32,000 bases of DNA from Moraxella nasovis (GCF_022701215.1 NZ_CP089976.1:540001-572000); one strand, 5' to 3'; counted from the stretch's first letter, positions 11,101 through 20,220 are shown. Program-made: numbers and translations. Notes: generated by a model not told the origin, from the sequence alone.

Positions 11101-11754
11101 GGCCGATTCTGCTTGGCGTTCTAGGGTGCGTTGCTGTTTTTTGAGCTCACCTTGTAGATCGCTTAGTCGCTCTAGATTATCTTGAGTTTCTGCAAGCTTT
11201 TTTTCTGTTTCATCTCGACGTGCCTGATAGCGAGAGACGCCTGCACCTTCTTCGATGAATTCTCTTAGCTGCATGGGACTACTCTCAACGATACGCCCAA
11301 TCATACCCTGCTCGATGACCGCATAACTTCTAGCACCAAGCCCTGTTCCTAAAAACACATCTACCACATCACGGCGACGCACTCTTTGACCATTAATATA
11401 GTAGTCTGACTTACCCTCTCGAGTAACTTGGCGACGCAGTGTCAGCTCTTGGTAGAGATTTAACGCATGGCGAATCCCTGTCGTCTCATCTTGGGTATGC
11501 TCAAAGGTCAGCTCCACACTTGCAAGACTCTTGGCGGCACGCCCCTCCACACCTGCAAAAATCACATCACTCATGGACGCCCCACGCAGCTGCTTGGCAG
11601 AAGTCTCTCCAAGCACCCAGCGAATCGCATCAATGACGTTTGATTTACCGCAGCCATTTGGTCCGACGATGGCAGTAATGTCATGCTTAAAAGTGAAAGT
11701 TGTCGGATTGGCAAAGGATTTAAAGCCAGCAAGTTTTAAAGATTTTAATCGCAT
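8185..11754 (-). CDS. smc: Chromosome segregation protein SMC
   Basis: The ORF-track frame extends to 11823. The canonical SMC N-terminus MRLKSLKLAGFKSF begins at 11754. It has Walker A GPNGCGKSN, long coiled-coil arms, the signature LSGGEKTLTALSL, and Walker B CLLDEVDAPLD. Confidence 0.95.
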   Translation of the reverse strand: MRLKSLKLAGFKSFANPTTFTFKHDITAIVGPNGCGKSNVIDAIRWVLGETSAKQLRGASMSDVIFAGVEGRAAKSLASVELTFEHTQDETTGIRHALNLYQELTLRRQVTREGKSDYYINGQRVRRRDVVDVFLGTGLGARSYAVIEQGMIGRIVESSPMQLREFIEEGAGVSRYQARRDETEKKLAETQDNLERLSDLQGELKKQQRTLERQAESAKKYQALSEELAKINQEDLLKRIFEAWQYHEQNQQQEQEVNAHLTTLQASVNRAKAELDKLSAKVAEGQWLKDDAKDKYHNAQMAEQTAQHNFYTMSQELSQVDEKQARLIATQKDAQESMTHAKADIDKIDAELISITPLLADESDKLKSVQESQNQAQDAWQKARQDLTALQEQKNSLQNAKKLAETQKSRTLSLREKWIKKHNDLSLSATEFSDDTKDNDRLIRLTEQIDIAEDKLINLQDNQTIKTDVETTEVNLKNTQTQVTTLQKRHAILMAEYEFLHKIVHKKPEQALQSADKPSPLMGLSTLKEHIRLSQMGENYAAVLDGFLGFWLDACISDTMPDAVFWHIPAKDMPKAILTIGTKAHSEQHTQLLPINRLIDTPKLALFERCYLCIDELDEANDLTKRYADLLSTGAVILTMNGWIVGAFGTLHITKFGSQHDNFLAQKAEYTKRLAVLEDDLNTLEEELEGQQTKMKALSAQLENQKILLDEHTAQKTAATAALHKLREEQTVLQSQIKLEQLKKDNFTKNKAILDEEKAEIVQELKALEQEITDITQKLAEHLPKLTQSEKDLAHLTAKLDELNRVIKHHHDSSQDLQLKHSALTQSLTHNKRLLEMADKNAKQAALDLAKLTESQQRLDDKLPQAELIFKEAKAQTMRLKIISEEHEAAAKALQLMHTKLQEDLTQSHAELAKEQAKAAQVGADTAVALSRLQDFGEQMRKCDETFNLSSTLADFRQKTPKFKDNSARISAINDEIAKIGAVNLAAAAELDELNARVSPMDAQISDITESMIKLQDAIRAIDEKTKTLFLAALDAVNTELNALFSKVFGGGTASLTLMEDDSLPKSDKWRAGLVLMAQPKGKRNSRLAVLSGGEKTLTALSLIFAIFKQHPAPFCLLDEVDAPLDDANVGRFTSLIHELADSVQFIFISHNKLAMQIADELKGITMPTAGVSSLVTVDLAQAEKYLEQ

Positions 11755-12009
11755 TATATTCGTAGTTTTGTAATGTAATAAGTTATGCCAACAAAAAGGT
11801 GGGTATTTCCTATCTATTTGCAATCATAGCCGCCTATTTTATCATAATTTACCAAAAATCATTTGAGATGTTTTATATGACTGACCAAAACCAACTGGTC
11901 TTTTAGACTGCTGTTTAACTTTAACGTCGTTACAAAACAATAAAATAATCATCATTGCAAAAATCCAAAGCTTTAGTATAATGATTGCATCAATCACAGG
12001 AACTTTACT

Positions 12010-12255
12010 ATGAAACAACTTGCACTTTTGGCATCATTGGCAGTTATCCTAACAGGCTGTAACGCCATGACCTCTACTTTTGACAAAGTTTTCTACAAAC
12101 AAAGCAATTTTTCCCAGTTAGAAAACACGCAATACCCTGTTGGCGAAGGTCATGAATACGACGCTAACAAAAAAGCACAAGCTGCTCTAACAGATATGCA
12201 AGAAACTCAGCGTAAAGGCGGCCAATACCCAAGCTCTAGCAGCCAACCACAATAA
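12010..12255 (+). CDS. Small lipoprotein, function unknown
   Basis: 81 aa with a lipobox signal peptide, MKQLALLASLAVILTGC. Its stop shares 1 nt with the bioF ATG (TAATG). Confidence 0.6.
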   Translation: MKQLALLASLAVILTGCNAMTSTFDKVFYKQSNFSQLENTQYPVGEGHEYDANKKAQAALTDMQETQRKGGQYPSSSSQPQ

Positions 12256-13457
12256 TGAACACACCACTGGCAAACTATACCAAGCAAGTCAACACCCTCA
12301 AAAGCTTGGATAACTACCGAGAGCTTCGAACTCATCAGCAAAGCTGCCAGTGGATTAATCAAGGGGCTAATCATCCGCCTCTACTTAATCTTGCCAGTAA
12401 CGACTATCTTGGTATCGCTCAAGATGGTCAATTACAACAAAAGTTTTTTGATTGTCATCATTCTTATCGCCTTAGTGCCTCTTCATCACGTCTTTTGACA
12501 GGCAGTTTTGATGAGCATATGCAGCTTGAAGCACTGCTTGGCAAGGCATTTAGTGAGTCAGGCAACACCGAACTTCACGCCCTAACCTTTAACAGTGGCT
12601 ATCATGCTAATATCGGCATTTTGCCTGCCATTGGCACAGATAAAACACTTATTTTAGCTGATAAATTGGTACACGCTAGTATCATTGATGGCGTACGCCT
12701 TGCTAAGGCTAAATATCTACGCTATCGCCATCAAGACTTAGACCAGCTAAAGCAGCTGCTTGATAAGTACGCTCATCAATACGATCAAGCCATCATCGTG
12801 ACCGAAAGCATCTTTAGCATGGATGGCGATGTCACAGATTTGCAAAGCTTAGTTGCACTAAAGCACCAATATCCCAATGTCTTACTGTATGTAGATGAAG
12901 CCCATGGTATTGGCGTGCGTGGTGTGCATGGGCTTGGCGTGTGTCAAGAGCAAGGCGTGATTGACGGCGTTGATTTTATCGTAGGAGCGTTTGGTAAAGC
13001 TATCGCTTCTGTTGGGGGTTATGTAATCTGCCATGTCGATATGAAAGCCTACTTGATTAACACCATGCGGTCGCTGATTTTTAGCACCGCCCTACCACCC
13101 CTTAATGCAGCATGGACAGCTTTTACCTTTAGCCACATTATCACCATGCAAGATGAACGAGAAACGCTTGCTCAAAACACTCAATACTTTATCCAAAAAA
13201 TAAAATCACTAGGGCTTAACTGCCCATCAAACAGCCATATCACGCCCATCATAGTCGGCAGTAACCACAATGCCTTAACTTTATCAAAGCATCTAAAACG
13301 GTCAGGGATTTTCGCCCTAGCGGTGCGTCCGCCTACCGTGCCACAGAATGCTGCACGACTTCGTATCTGCCTAAACAGCCTAATCACCAAGGCAGATATT
13401 GATGATGTTCTTACCACCTTAAAAGACGCTTTGCCGTTACTTGATGGGCGGTTATGA
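12255..13457 (+). CDS. bioF: 8-amino-7-oxononanoate synthase
   Basis: 400 aa alpha-oxoamine synthase fold with NDYLG, DEAHGIGVRG, and the PLP-lysine context GAFGKA. It is followed by bioC. Confidence 0.9.
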   Translation: MNTPLANYTKQVNTLKSLDNYRELRTHQQSCQWINQGANHPPLLNLASNDYLGIAQDGQLQQKFFDCHHSYRLSASSSRLLTGSFDEHMQLEALLGKAFSESGNTELHALTFNSGYHANIGILPAIGTDKTLILADKLVHASIIDGVRLAKAKYLRYRHQDLDQLKQLLDKYAHQYDQAIIVTESIFSMDGDVTDLQSLVALKHQYPNVLLYVDEAHGIGVRGVHGLGVCQEQGVIDGVDFIVGAFGKAIASVGGYVICHVDMKAYLINTMRSLIFSTALPPLNAAWTAFTFSHIITMQDERETLAQNTQYFIQKIKSLGLNCPSNSHITPIIVGSNHNALTLSKHLKRSGIFALAVRPPTVPQNAARLRICLNSLITKADIDDVLTTLKDALPLLDGRL

Positions 13458-14242
13458 CCGATTTACCAATAACAAAACCCACTATTTTGGGCGTTGCTAA
13501 GCATTTTAGTAAAGCATACGACAGCTATAATCAGCATGCGACCGCTCAATATGTCATTTGTCAGCATCTAATCACAAAAATATTGCCCTACTTACCTAGC
13601 AGGCAACTAGATACCGTCCTAGAAATCGGCTGCGGCACTGGCAATCTTAGTAAGCTGTTATTTGAAAATTTACGCATTGATAGCATTTTTTTAAACGACC
13701 TATACGATAAAATCACCAAAAACTTGCCCAACCCCCACGGTAAAACTCACCACATCATCGGTGATGTCTTGGCAGTCGCCTTGCCTCACCATCTAAATCT
13801 TGTGACAGCAAGCTCAAGCTTACAATGGATTGATGATGTCGCACAGTTATACCAAAAAATCCACACCCATATGGCAAGCGGTGGTATTTTAGCATTCTCA
13901 GACTTTTTGCCAAACAACCTGCACGAAATCAAAAGCCTAACTGGTCGTGGGTTAGACTATCGCAGCACAGATGAGCAAATATCGCTTTTAAATCAGGCTG
14001 GATTTAAGCTGTTACACACATCAACAAGTACGCAGACGTTATACTTTAATGACCCTATGGCGGTTTTACATCACTTAAAGCTAACAGGCACGACAGCAAC
14101 AAATAGCGGTTTTATATGGAATAAAACCAATTTACACGCCTTTAAGACAGCTTATCAAGAACGATTTGGCGTACACACAGCCGATGGTACTTGGCAATAT
14201 CCATTAAGCTATCACGCAAGTTATTTCATCGCCCAAAAATAG
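13454..14242 (+). CDS. bioC: Malonyl-ACP O-methyltransferase
   Basis: 262 aa class I SAM methyltransferase (VLEIGCGTGNLS). It overlaps bioF by ATGA. The BioC call rests on context plus fold. Confidence 0.8.
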   Translation: MTDLPITKPTILGVAKHFSKAYDSYNQHATAQYVICQHLITKILPYLPSRQLDTVLEIGCGTGNLSKLLFENLRIDSIFLNDLYDKITKNLPNPHGKTHHIIGDVLAVALPHHLNLVTASSSLQWIDDVAQLYQKIHTHMASGGILAFSDFLPNNLHEIKSLTGRGLDYRSTDEQISLLNQAGFKLLHTSTSTQTLYFNDPMAVLHHLKLTGTTATNSGFIWNKTNLHAFKTAYQERFGVHTADGTWQYPLSYHASYFIAQK

Positions 14243-14260
14243 CAAAAACCACCAAAACAA

Positions 14261-14287
14261 AAACCCCAAGCTTTACTTGGGGTTTTA
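14261..14287. terminator. Bidirectional intrinsic terminator (bioC / rpsU convergent)
   Basis: The stem is CCCCAAG (14264-14270), the loop is CTTTA, and the partner arm is CTTGGGG (14276-14282). It is flanked by A-rich and T-rich runs. Confidence 0.75.
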
Positions 14288-14305
14288 TCATAAGCTGGGC
14301 TATGA

Positions 14306-14521
14306 TTAGTATTTACGCACAGTGCGTACTTGCTCACGCCATACTTTTTTCTTGTAACGCTTAACAGCAGCGGCTTTTTTACGCTTACGCTCTTGCGTTG
14401 GTTTTTCAAAGAATTCTTTTTTACGTACGTCAGCTAGGACACCTGCTTTTTCACAAGCACGCTTAAAGCGACGGATAGCAATATCAACTGGTTCGTTTTC
14501 TTTTACCTTAACTGAAGGCAT
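14306..14521 (-). CDS. rpsU: 30S ribosomal protein S21
   Basis: The internal start gives [28 protein letters not shown]..., 71 aa, a classic S21 sequence. The ORF-track N-terminal extension to 14557 was discarded. Confidence 0.95.
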   Translation of the reverse strand: MPSVKVKENEPVDIAIRRFKRACEKAGVLADVRKKEFFEKPTQERKRKKAAAVKRYKKKVWREQVRTVRKY

Positions 14522-14721
14522 AGAATCACTCCTAAAAATCAAGACAGGTTGCATCAATCAGGCTGTATTATAATATATAGCGTTACGGTCTTGACGTAGG
14601 CATCAGCTCAGATCGGAAAAATAAACCAAACCAACCTTTGGCTTGGGGCTTGCCGCACCTATTGCACAACAAGCCCCATATTATAGCCATTTACTATCAT
14701 AAAAGCAAGAAAGATTTTAAA

Positions 14722-15027
14722 TTATTGAGCCGTTTCAGTCGCCTGTACCGCTTCAGCTGTGGCAGGTGCGTCCGTAGTAGCAGGTGCAGTCTCACTGGCT
14801 GTATCCGTCGCTGTCGCACTGGCAGGTGCAGCATCGGCTGCTAATTGAACCATGCTAGGCTGACCTTCATCGTCAAACTTAATTTCTTCAACTTGGGGTG
14901 CTTTTTCTTTGGCAATCGCTTGGGCTTCTGCCAGCTTATCAACCGCTGCCACTTCTTCGTGGTGTCCGCCACATGCTGTTAACACTACTGCTGATAAAAC
15001 AAGACCTAAAATGCTTTGAATTTTCAT
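14722..15027 (-). CDS. Lipoprotein with a low-complexity Ala/Thr-rich C-terminus
   Basis: The start at MKIQSILGLVLSAVVLTAC provides a lipobox. The tail is an Ala/Thr/Glu-rich repeat-like sequence. Confidence 0.65.
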   Translation of the reverse strand: MKIQSILGLVLSAVVLTACGGHHEEVAAVDKLAEAQAIAKEKAPQVEEIKFDDEGQPSMVQLAADAAPASATATDTASETAPATTDAPATAEAVQATETAQ

Positions 15028-15340
15028 GGTTGCTCCAAATATCAAAATTGCCAAACAGGCAAATTACACCAAAATAATCGCTCTATTATGCCATATTTTA
15101 CAGCATTTTACACATGATTTTAAAAGATTTGCACTGCAATATCATCCTATGAGTATCGCACCAATCAATTTAAGCCACTCATAAAATAACAACCAAAAGC
15201 GATAAAATACGCATAAACCAAATAAGCAAACTGTGACAGTACTCTTATCACATTAGGCGTGTGATTTTTAAAGCGTTGGTAGCGGCAAGCTTATGGCTAT
15301 GCCATTATAAACTTGCCAAAACACTTCATGGCTTGCCTAG

Positions 15341-15952
15341 TCACTCTTTCACCGCAAGCGTTACCGTATAAGTCTTGCCTTGTTTGATTTTGTCGCTATT
15401 ACCAAACACTTCGGTAAACGAGCGTTTCATAAAATCCCTTAACCCATTGATGGTAACCACATAAAAGCGTCCGCCCATCTCCATGCGTTCATAGGCATCT
15501 AGCAGATACAAATAATGCTGTTCTTTGCTTGCTTTGGCAGGCAGATTGCTCATGACTAGGCTAAATTTTTGGGTATTGTCTACCTGATTAAAGCCGTTGG
15601 AGAGCTGTACGTGCGTGTTTTTTAGCCCATTTTTCTCACAGTTTAAGCGAGCGTATTCTACCGCCACAAAGTCCTTATCTATCAAAAAATGCTGACCGTT
15701 TGGGCATTCACGAGCGGCTGTCATGCCAAGTACGCCATAGCCACAGCCTAAGTCAATGCTGGTGTCATCATCTTTAAAATCAATATAATCAAGCAGCATA
15801 AGACTGCCATCGTCCAATTTTTCAGGACTAAAAATCCCCCAAGTGGTGGCAAAACTAAACGGCTTACCCAAAACGTCTTGGGTGAAGGTGATGTCATTTC
15901 GCCATGTTTTGGCTTTGTGTTGGAGTTCGGTAAGTGTGGTTTTGATGGTCAT
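15341..15952 (-). CDS. Class I SAM-dependent methyltransferase (RsmC/RlmG-like small methyltransferase domain)
   Basis: The start is at MTIKTTL. It has the SAM motif IDLGCGYGVLG and an NLPA motif in place of NPPF. The substrate cannot be assigned from sequence. Confidence 0.7.
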   Translation of the reverse strand: MTIKTTLTELQHKAKTWRNDITFTQDVLGKPFSFATTWGIFSPEKLDDGSLMLLDYIDFKDDDTSIDLGCGYGVLGMTAARECPNGQHFLIDKDFVAVEYARLNCEKNGLKNTHVQLSNGFNQVDNTQKFSLVMSNLPAKASKEQHYLYLLDAYERMEMGGRFYVVTINGLRDFMKRSFTEVFGNSDKIKQGKTYTVTLAVKE

Positions 15953-16158
15953 GGTTGATTTTTGGTGTGGGTTTGGACTATTGTAACAAAAAACAGCGAT
16001 GAATAACATCAGTTAAATTTGGCTTTTAATATTCAAGATGCCCATCAATCGTTGGTGTGTTTGGTGGTTCAAGTGGTTGATTGGTGTTGTAAAGCATTTT
16101 TAAAATGAAATTTCACTAAAAATCACCAAAATCCAACCGCTTGCTCAATCTTTCACTT

Positions 16159-16509
16159 TCACTTTCCCTGCACTACATACATTCCCAAAGCCGTCAAAGC
16201 CAATGAACCCAAAACATGTAGCACAACCGCCATCAATGCCCCAAAAAACCGTCCGTTTTGGATCAGCGTTACCACTTCTAATGAAAAACTAGAAAAAGTC
16301 GTCAGCCCACCCAAAAAGCCTGTGATCAATAGCAGTTTATAGTGCGGATTATCCAGCCATTGTGCCAGTACACCAATCAAAAACGCCCCAAGCCAGTTCG
16401 CCGTCAGCATTCCAAGCGATAATGCCGTCTGCCCGCTCCATTGACTAAGTCCCCAACGCAGTACCGCCCCAGAGCCACCGCCTATTGCAACCATCAGCAG
16501 ATTATACAT
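16159..16509 (-). CDS. crcB: Fluoride ion channel CrcB/FluC
   Basis: About 116 aa with four TM segments. Motifs include AIGGGSGAVLRW and GFLGGLTTFSSF. The ATG at 16509 lies 2 nt after the DUF6428 stop. Confidence 0.88.
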   Translation of the reverse strand: MYNLLMVAIGGGSGAVLRWGLSQWSGQTALSLGMLTANWLGAFLIGVLAQWLDNPHYKLLLITGFLGGLTTFSSFSLEVVTLIQNGRFFGALMAVVLHVLGSLALTALGMYVVQGK

Positions 16510-16511
16510 AA

Positions 16512-16979
16512 TTAACAGCACCCTGAATTAGGCTTACAGACTTGACCAAATTCTGAAAGTTTCATTTTGGATTTTTGTGGCTTGGCAGGAATACCGCATT
16601 GGTCTTCGGCAAGGCAGACAGTGTGTTTATTTTTGAGTAAAAAATGTGTGCCGTCAAATGCTAAATCATATTTACCAATGGTATCACATTGGTATTCTAC
16701 CTCGATCTCTACATCAGGTAAATTGAGCTTTTCTTCGGAAAGTTTGATGATATCAAGTAGCTTGTATGCTTTTAGCCTATGGTCAAAATCATCGGCAGTC
16801 CACAACTGAAAATTAACAGTATTTTCTTGTCTAACCGTGCCACCACAATCAATAAAATGCTGACTAATTAGCCCCACTTCGGTAACGTGAAAATGTGGTG
16901 GCACTGTCGTACCGTCTTCTAGTATAAACGAGATGTTATCAACAGAACCCAAGATGTCTTTGATTTGTGAGAGTTTCAT
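16512..16979 (-). CDS. DUF6428-like protein (family commonly seen in ars clusters), Cys-rich C-terminus
   Basis: 155 aa. It reads MKLSQIKDIL...PPHFHVTEVG and ends in CKPNSGCC. The family assignment is from memory of ars-cluster neighbours and has not been searched. Confidence 0.6.
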   Translation of the reverse strand: MKLSQIKDILGSVDNISFILEDGTTVPPHFHVTEVGLISQHFIDCGGTVRQENTVNFQLWTADDFDHRLKAYKLLDIIKLSEEKLNLPDVEIEVEYQCDTIGKYDLAFDGTHFLLKNKHTVCLAEDQCGIPAKPQKSKMKLSEFGQVCKPNSGCC

Positions 16980-17040
16980 AATAAATACCTTTTAAGATGG
17001 TGAATGTAAAAAATATAAAAACAATGACCGCTTTGCCTGT

Positions 17041-18042
17041 CTAATTTTTCCCCCGATTGATCAGCCACACCAGCGACAACATCACAGGCACTTCCACCAG
17101 CACCCCCACCACCGTTGCCAATGCCGCCCCAGAGTGCAGGCCAAATAGAGATATCGCCACCGCTACGGCAAGTTCAAAAAAGTTGCTCGTGCCAATCAAG
17201 CAGGCGGGAGCAGAGATTTCGTGCGGTAATTTAAGCCATTTGGCAATTCCCATACTCAAAAAGAAAATGCCATAGGTCTGCACTAAAAGTGGAATGGCAA
17301 TCAGCACAATCACAAACGGATTTGACAAAATCGTACCTGCTTGAAAAGCAAACAACAGCACCACTGTCAAAAGCAAGCCAAAGATGGAAAAGGGCTTTAA
17401 TTTGGCGGTGAATTTAGCGATAGAGCGGTCAGATTTGATTAAAATTTTGCGAGTTAGCCAGCCTGCGACAAGGGGCAAAAGCACATACAAAACCGTGCTT
17501 ACAATCAAGGTCTGCCAAGGAATACTAATGTCGCTTACACCAAGTAGCAAGCCTGCAATCGGTGCAAAGGCAAAAATCATAATGATGTCGTTCACCGACA
17601 CCTGCACGAGTGTGTAGTTCGGATCGCCCTTGACCAACCCAGACCACACAAACACCATCGCCGTACACGGAGCCACGCCGAGCAAAATCATACCTGCGAT
17701 GTATTCTTGTGCCGTCTGTGCGTCCACCCAATCAGCAAACAGCAACCGAAAAAACAGCCAACCGACCAGAGCCATCGTAAAGGGCTTAATCAGCCAATTT
17801 ACTGCCAAAGTCATCGCCAAGCCCTTCGGCTTTTTGCCGACATCTTTGATGGCAGACCAGTCAATCTGAATCATCATCGGATAAATCATCAGCCAAATCA
17901 GCACGGCAATCGGCAAATTGATGTGGGCGATTTGTAGTGTCGCAATCTTTCCCACCGTATCAGTGAAATTAACCCCAATGACCACGCCCAAAATGATGGC
18001 AAGAGCCACCCAAATACTTAAAAATCGTTCAAAATTTCCCAT
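17041..18042 (-). CDS. acr3: Arsenite efflux transporter, ACR3 family
   Basis: I prefer the start at [12 protein letters not shown] (ATG ending at 18042, with GGAG upstream), 1 nt after the arsC stop. It carries the conserved [12 protein letters not shown] motif and about 10 TM segments. Confidence 0.92.
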   Translation of the reverse strand: MGNFERFLSIWVALAIILGVVIGVNFTDTVGKIATLQIAHINLPIAVLIWLMIYPMMIQIDWSAIKDVGKKPKGLAMTLAVNWLIKPFTMALVGWLFFRLLFADWVDAQTAQEYIAGMILLGVAPCTAMVFVWSGLVKGDPNYTLVQVSVNDIIMIFAFAPIAGLLLGVSDISIPWQTLIVSTVLYVLLPLVAGWLTRKILIKSDRSIAKFTAKLKPFSIFGLLLTVVLLFAFQAGTILSNPFVIVLIAIPLLVQTYGIFFLSMGIAKWLKLPHEISAPACLIGTSNFFELAVAVAISLFGLHSGAALATVVGVLVEVPVMLSLVWLINRGKN

Positions 18043-18043
18043 T

Positions 18044-18490
18044 TTATGCTCCTTGTTTTGGGTGTTGTTTGGTGATGATTTCGCCATCTTCTTTGACAAA
18101 ATCCGCTTTCAAAGGCACAGGCGAGATGTCCAAAAATACTTCGGACGGACGGCACAGTTTCACGCCCTTTTCGGTGACAACAATCGGGCGATTGATTAAA
18201 ATCGGCTGGGCAAGCATTGCCGAAATGAGCTTGTCATCAGACAGCTCTGGGCGTTCTAAATTTAAGCGTTCGTATGGTTCAACATTGGTGCGAAGTAGTG
18301 AGCGTGGTGTGATATTCATTTTGGCGATTAACTCACGCAAAGTCGCTTCATCAGGCGGATTGTCCAGATAATGAATGATGGTCGGCTCAATACCCAAATG
18401 GCGAATTAACGCCAAAGTGTTGCGGGACGTACCGCAGTTTGGGTTGTGGTAGATGGTGATTGGGGTGTTTGATGTATTAGCACTTGGCAT
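18044..18490 (-). CDS. arsC: Arsenate reductase, glutaredoxin-coupled ArsC family
   Basis: [20 protein letters not shown] provides the catalytic Cys. LINRPIVV and LCRPSE are also present. I prefer the ATG at 18490, which has a GGAGG SD 5 nt upstream. The ORF-track start at 18505 remains an alternative. Confidence 0.92.
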   Translation of the reverse strand: MPSANTSNTPITIYHNPNCGTSRNTLALIRHLGIEPTIIHYLDNPPDEATLRELIAKMNITPRSLLRTNVEPYERLNLERPELSDDKLISAMLAQPILINRPIVVTEKGVKLCRPSEVFLDISPVPLKADFVKEDGEIITKQHPKQGA

Positions 18491-18582
18491 AGTGCCCTCC
18501 GTCATTAGTTTAATTATTCAAGAAATATTGAATTATAAAAGCAAAAATAACCTGATAAAGCCATCAGGTGAGATTTAAGCGC

Positions 18583-18626
18583 ATTTTAGCAGGGGTTTTT
18601 AGATATTTCAATGGTTATTGAAATAA
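18583..18626 (-). promoter_or_regulatory. ArsR-type promoter/operator, copy A (upstream of arsC; no arsR directly downstream)
   Basis: The minus strand reads TTGAAA (18606-18611), a 17-nt spacer, then TAAAAT (18583-18588). The inverted repeat ATATTTCAAT-GGTT-ATTGAAATA (18603-18626) overlaps the -35. It is paralogous to copies B and C. Confidence 0.6.
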
Positions 18627-18778
18627 AAGAGCGGTCGGAAATCGCAAAATTTTTGTAAAATCCTATCGCTTGTATTTTTCAAGCTGTCTGAAAAAACCTT
18701 GTTCGAATACTTGCAGGTGCTATCATCAATCTTCTAATTTGGTTTATTTGATGATATAAGGTCGTCTCTTTTGTTCAA

Positions 18779-19873
18779 TTAATTCGCAAAGTTCGTGGCT
18801 CTTTGTAAATCCAACTCCAACGGATTGGAAAGCTCACAAAACCATTTAGCCCATCGTTCTGATATAGACGTTAGAGATATTTCATCAAATAGAGTATTTT
18901 CAGATTGAATTGCAAAAAATCGATTTAGTGAATTAGCTAAATTTTTATTTTCTAAAAATCTTCTACAAATCCATAAATGAATATCTACTAATTGCAAGCC
19001 AACATTACTATCACTTGACTTATAATCTATATCTATTGATGGCATATTTGATAAGTTTATACTTGGTAAAAATGGACCAATTTGTAAATTTGTGTCTGTA
19101 CTATTACTGATATTTTGATATAGTTTAGTTAGCCAATTTTGTGATTTGTTAAATTGAGACTGAATATCCACAATAATTTTTGTTGCACTTGATTGATTTT
19201 GTTCAATTCTATGACAAATCATAAAAATTACTGATTGAAAGGATGTGATATTTGGTGAAACTTGTAATATATTTTCTTTGGAATGAACATTGTAACCAAT
19301 CTCGGAAGGATTTTTTATCACCCATTTCATTGCATCGGAAATAATCTCAACTAAGCGTTTATCTGAAAAACAAGATGCTTTAAGTAAAATTTGTTCACAA
19401 ATATCAACCAGACTAGTTTCTGTCTCTTTTGAATTTATATTTATGCGTGCTTTCCAAGCCTGATTAGCTAAATCATCATCAAATAACTCTGCGATTGCAA
19501 GTAGCAAAGGATATCTTAATGGTGTCCAATACCAATTCCAAGGAACAGCAGGATTAACACCTTGGTCGAAGACTTGGTCAAAAAAACTGATAATTGCAAA
19601 ATCTTTTTTATTTAGCCTACAACAATCAAAATATATGTCATATTTTTGATATATATCTCCTAAATCATCAATAATTCTAACTAATCCACCATTACCCAGC
19701 TCATTAGCATGCAATTCACTCACTGACAATTTATTCTTTAAATTTATAACATCCTGTTGGGCTACGATGTCTAAATCAAATTTAGAACTCAATACTCCGT
19801 AATATAAGTATGGTTGGTCTAAATCAAAAAGGTTTGAACCAGAATTACCACTCTCATCTATATAAAAATACAT
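18779..19873 (-). CDS. DUF3800-family protein, function unknown
   Basis: The start at MYFYIDESGNSG matches the DUF3800 N-terminal IDESG hallmark. A C-terminal GLQLVDIHLW segment resembles the family LQxAD motif. The gene is visibly much more AT-rich than its neighbours. The family call is from memory and has not been searched. Confidence 0.7.
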   Translation of the reverse strand: MYFYIDESGNSGSNLFDLDQPYLYYGVLSSKFDLDIVAQQDVINLKNKLSVSELHANELGNGGLVRIIDDLGDIYQKYDIYFDCCRLNKKDFAIISFFDQVFDQGVNPAVPWNWYWTPLRYPLLLAIAELFDDDLANQAWKARININSKETETSLVDICEQILLKASCFSDKRLVEIISDAMKWVIKNPSEIGYNVHSKENILQVSPNITSFQSVIFMICHRIEQNQSSATKIIVDIQSQFNKSQNWLTKLYQNISNSTDTNLQIGPFLPSINLSNMPSIDIDYKSSDSNVGLQLVDIHLWICRRFLENKNLANSLNRFFAIQSENTLFDEISLTSISERWAKWFCELSNPLELDLQRATNFAN

Positions 19874-19920
19874 AACAATCCCTAAAATGCGCTTATATTT
19901 TTTAGTTAGCCTACAAACGC

Positions 19921-20220
19921 TTAGCAATTCTCACCACTGTCCTGACAGCATTTGTCCGTCAAAAACACCACCAACGCCATCATCAAATCCAAATTGGCGT
20001 AATAACGCACAAACCGCCCTTGCTGTTCGCTTTGCACCAGCCCAGCATGGCTTAATGTTTTAAGATGAAAAGAAAGGCTGTTGGGGGCGATGCCCAGTAT
20101 TTTTGCCAAATCGCCTGCAATCATGCCCTCCGTTCCCATTTTGGTAAGTTCCTGAAAAATCGCCAAACGAATGGGCGATGACAGGCTTTCAAAGAGTAGG
20201 CTTGCGTTTTGAGTGTTCAT
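19921..20220 (-). CDS. arsR: ArsR/SmtB-family metalloregulator with a C-terminal Cys triad (copy 1)
   Basis: 99 aa wHTH protein ([26 protein letters not shown]). The C-terminus is CC-x6-C (KCCQDSGENC), resembling the Acidithiobacillus-type As(III) site. Confidence 0.88.
   Translation of the reverse strand: MNTQNASLLFESLSSPIRLAIFQELTKMGTEGMIAGDLAKILGIAPNSLSFHLKTLSHAGLVQSEQQGRFVRYYANLDLMMALVVFLTDKCCQDSGENC

Noticed and set aside
8615-11773. Several long plus-strand ORFs inside smc (8615..9190, 9707..9925, 10370..10825, 11439..11636, 11531..11773)
   Set aside because: They are antisense to a strongly supported SMC gene. Their Ser/Ala/Cys/Leu-rich low-complexity translations are what the complement of coiled-coil (Glu/Lys/Ala/Gln/Leu) codons produces. 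They have no RBS or motif support.
14638-14844. Plus-strand ORF 14638..14844 (Cys/Arg-rich), and the hairpin GGGGCTTG..CAAGCCCC near 14645-14677
   Set aside because: The ORF is the antisense of the Ala/Thr-rich lipoprotein tail. The hairpin lies downstream of the lipoprotein gene but has no clear T-run, so I did not list it as a terminator.
16510-16560. A fluoride riboswitch upstream of crcB
   Set aside because: crcB starts 2 nt after the preceding stop codon, so there is no leader in which a riboswitch could sit.
17057-18371. Multiple short ORFs on both strands within acr3 and arsC (e.g. 17384..17617, 17525..17731, 17707..17937, 17918..18199, 18069..18371)
   Set aside because: All overlap the well-supported ACR3 and ArsC frames. 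There are no motifs, and the compositions are typical of off-frame reads.
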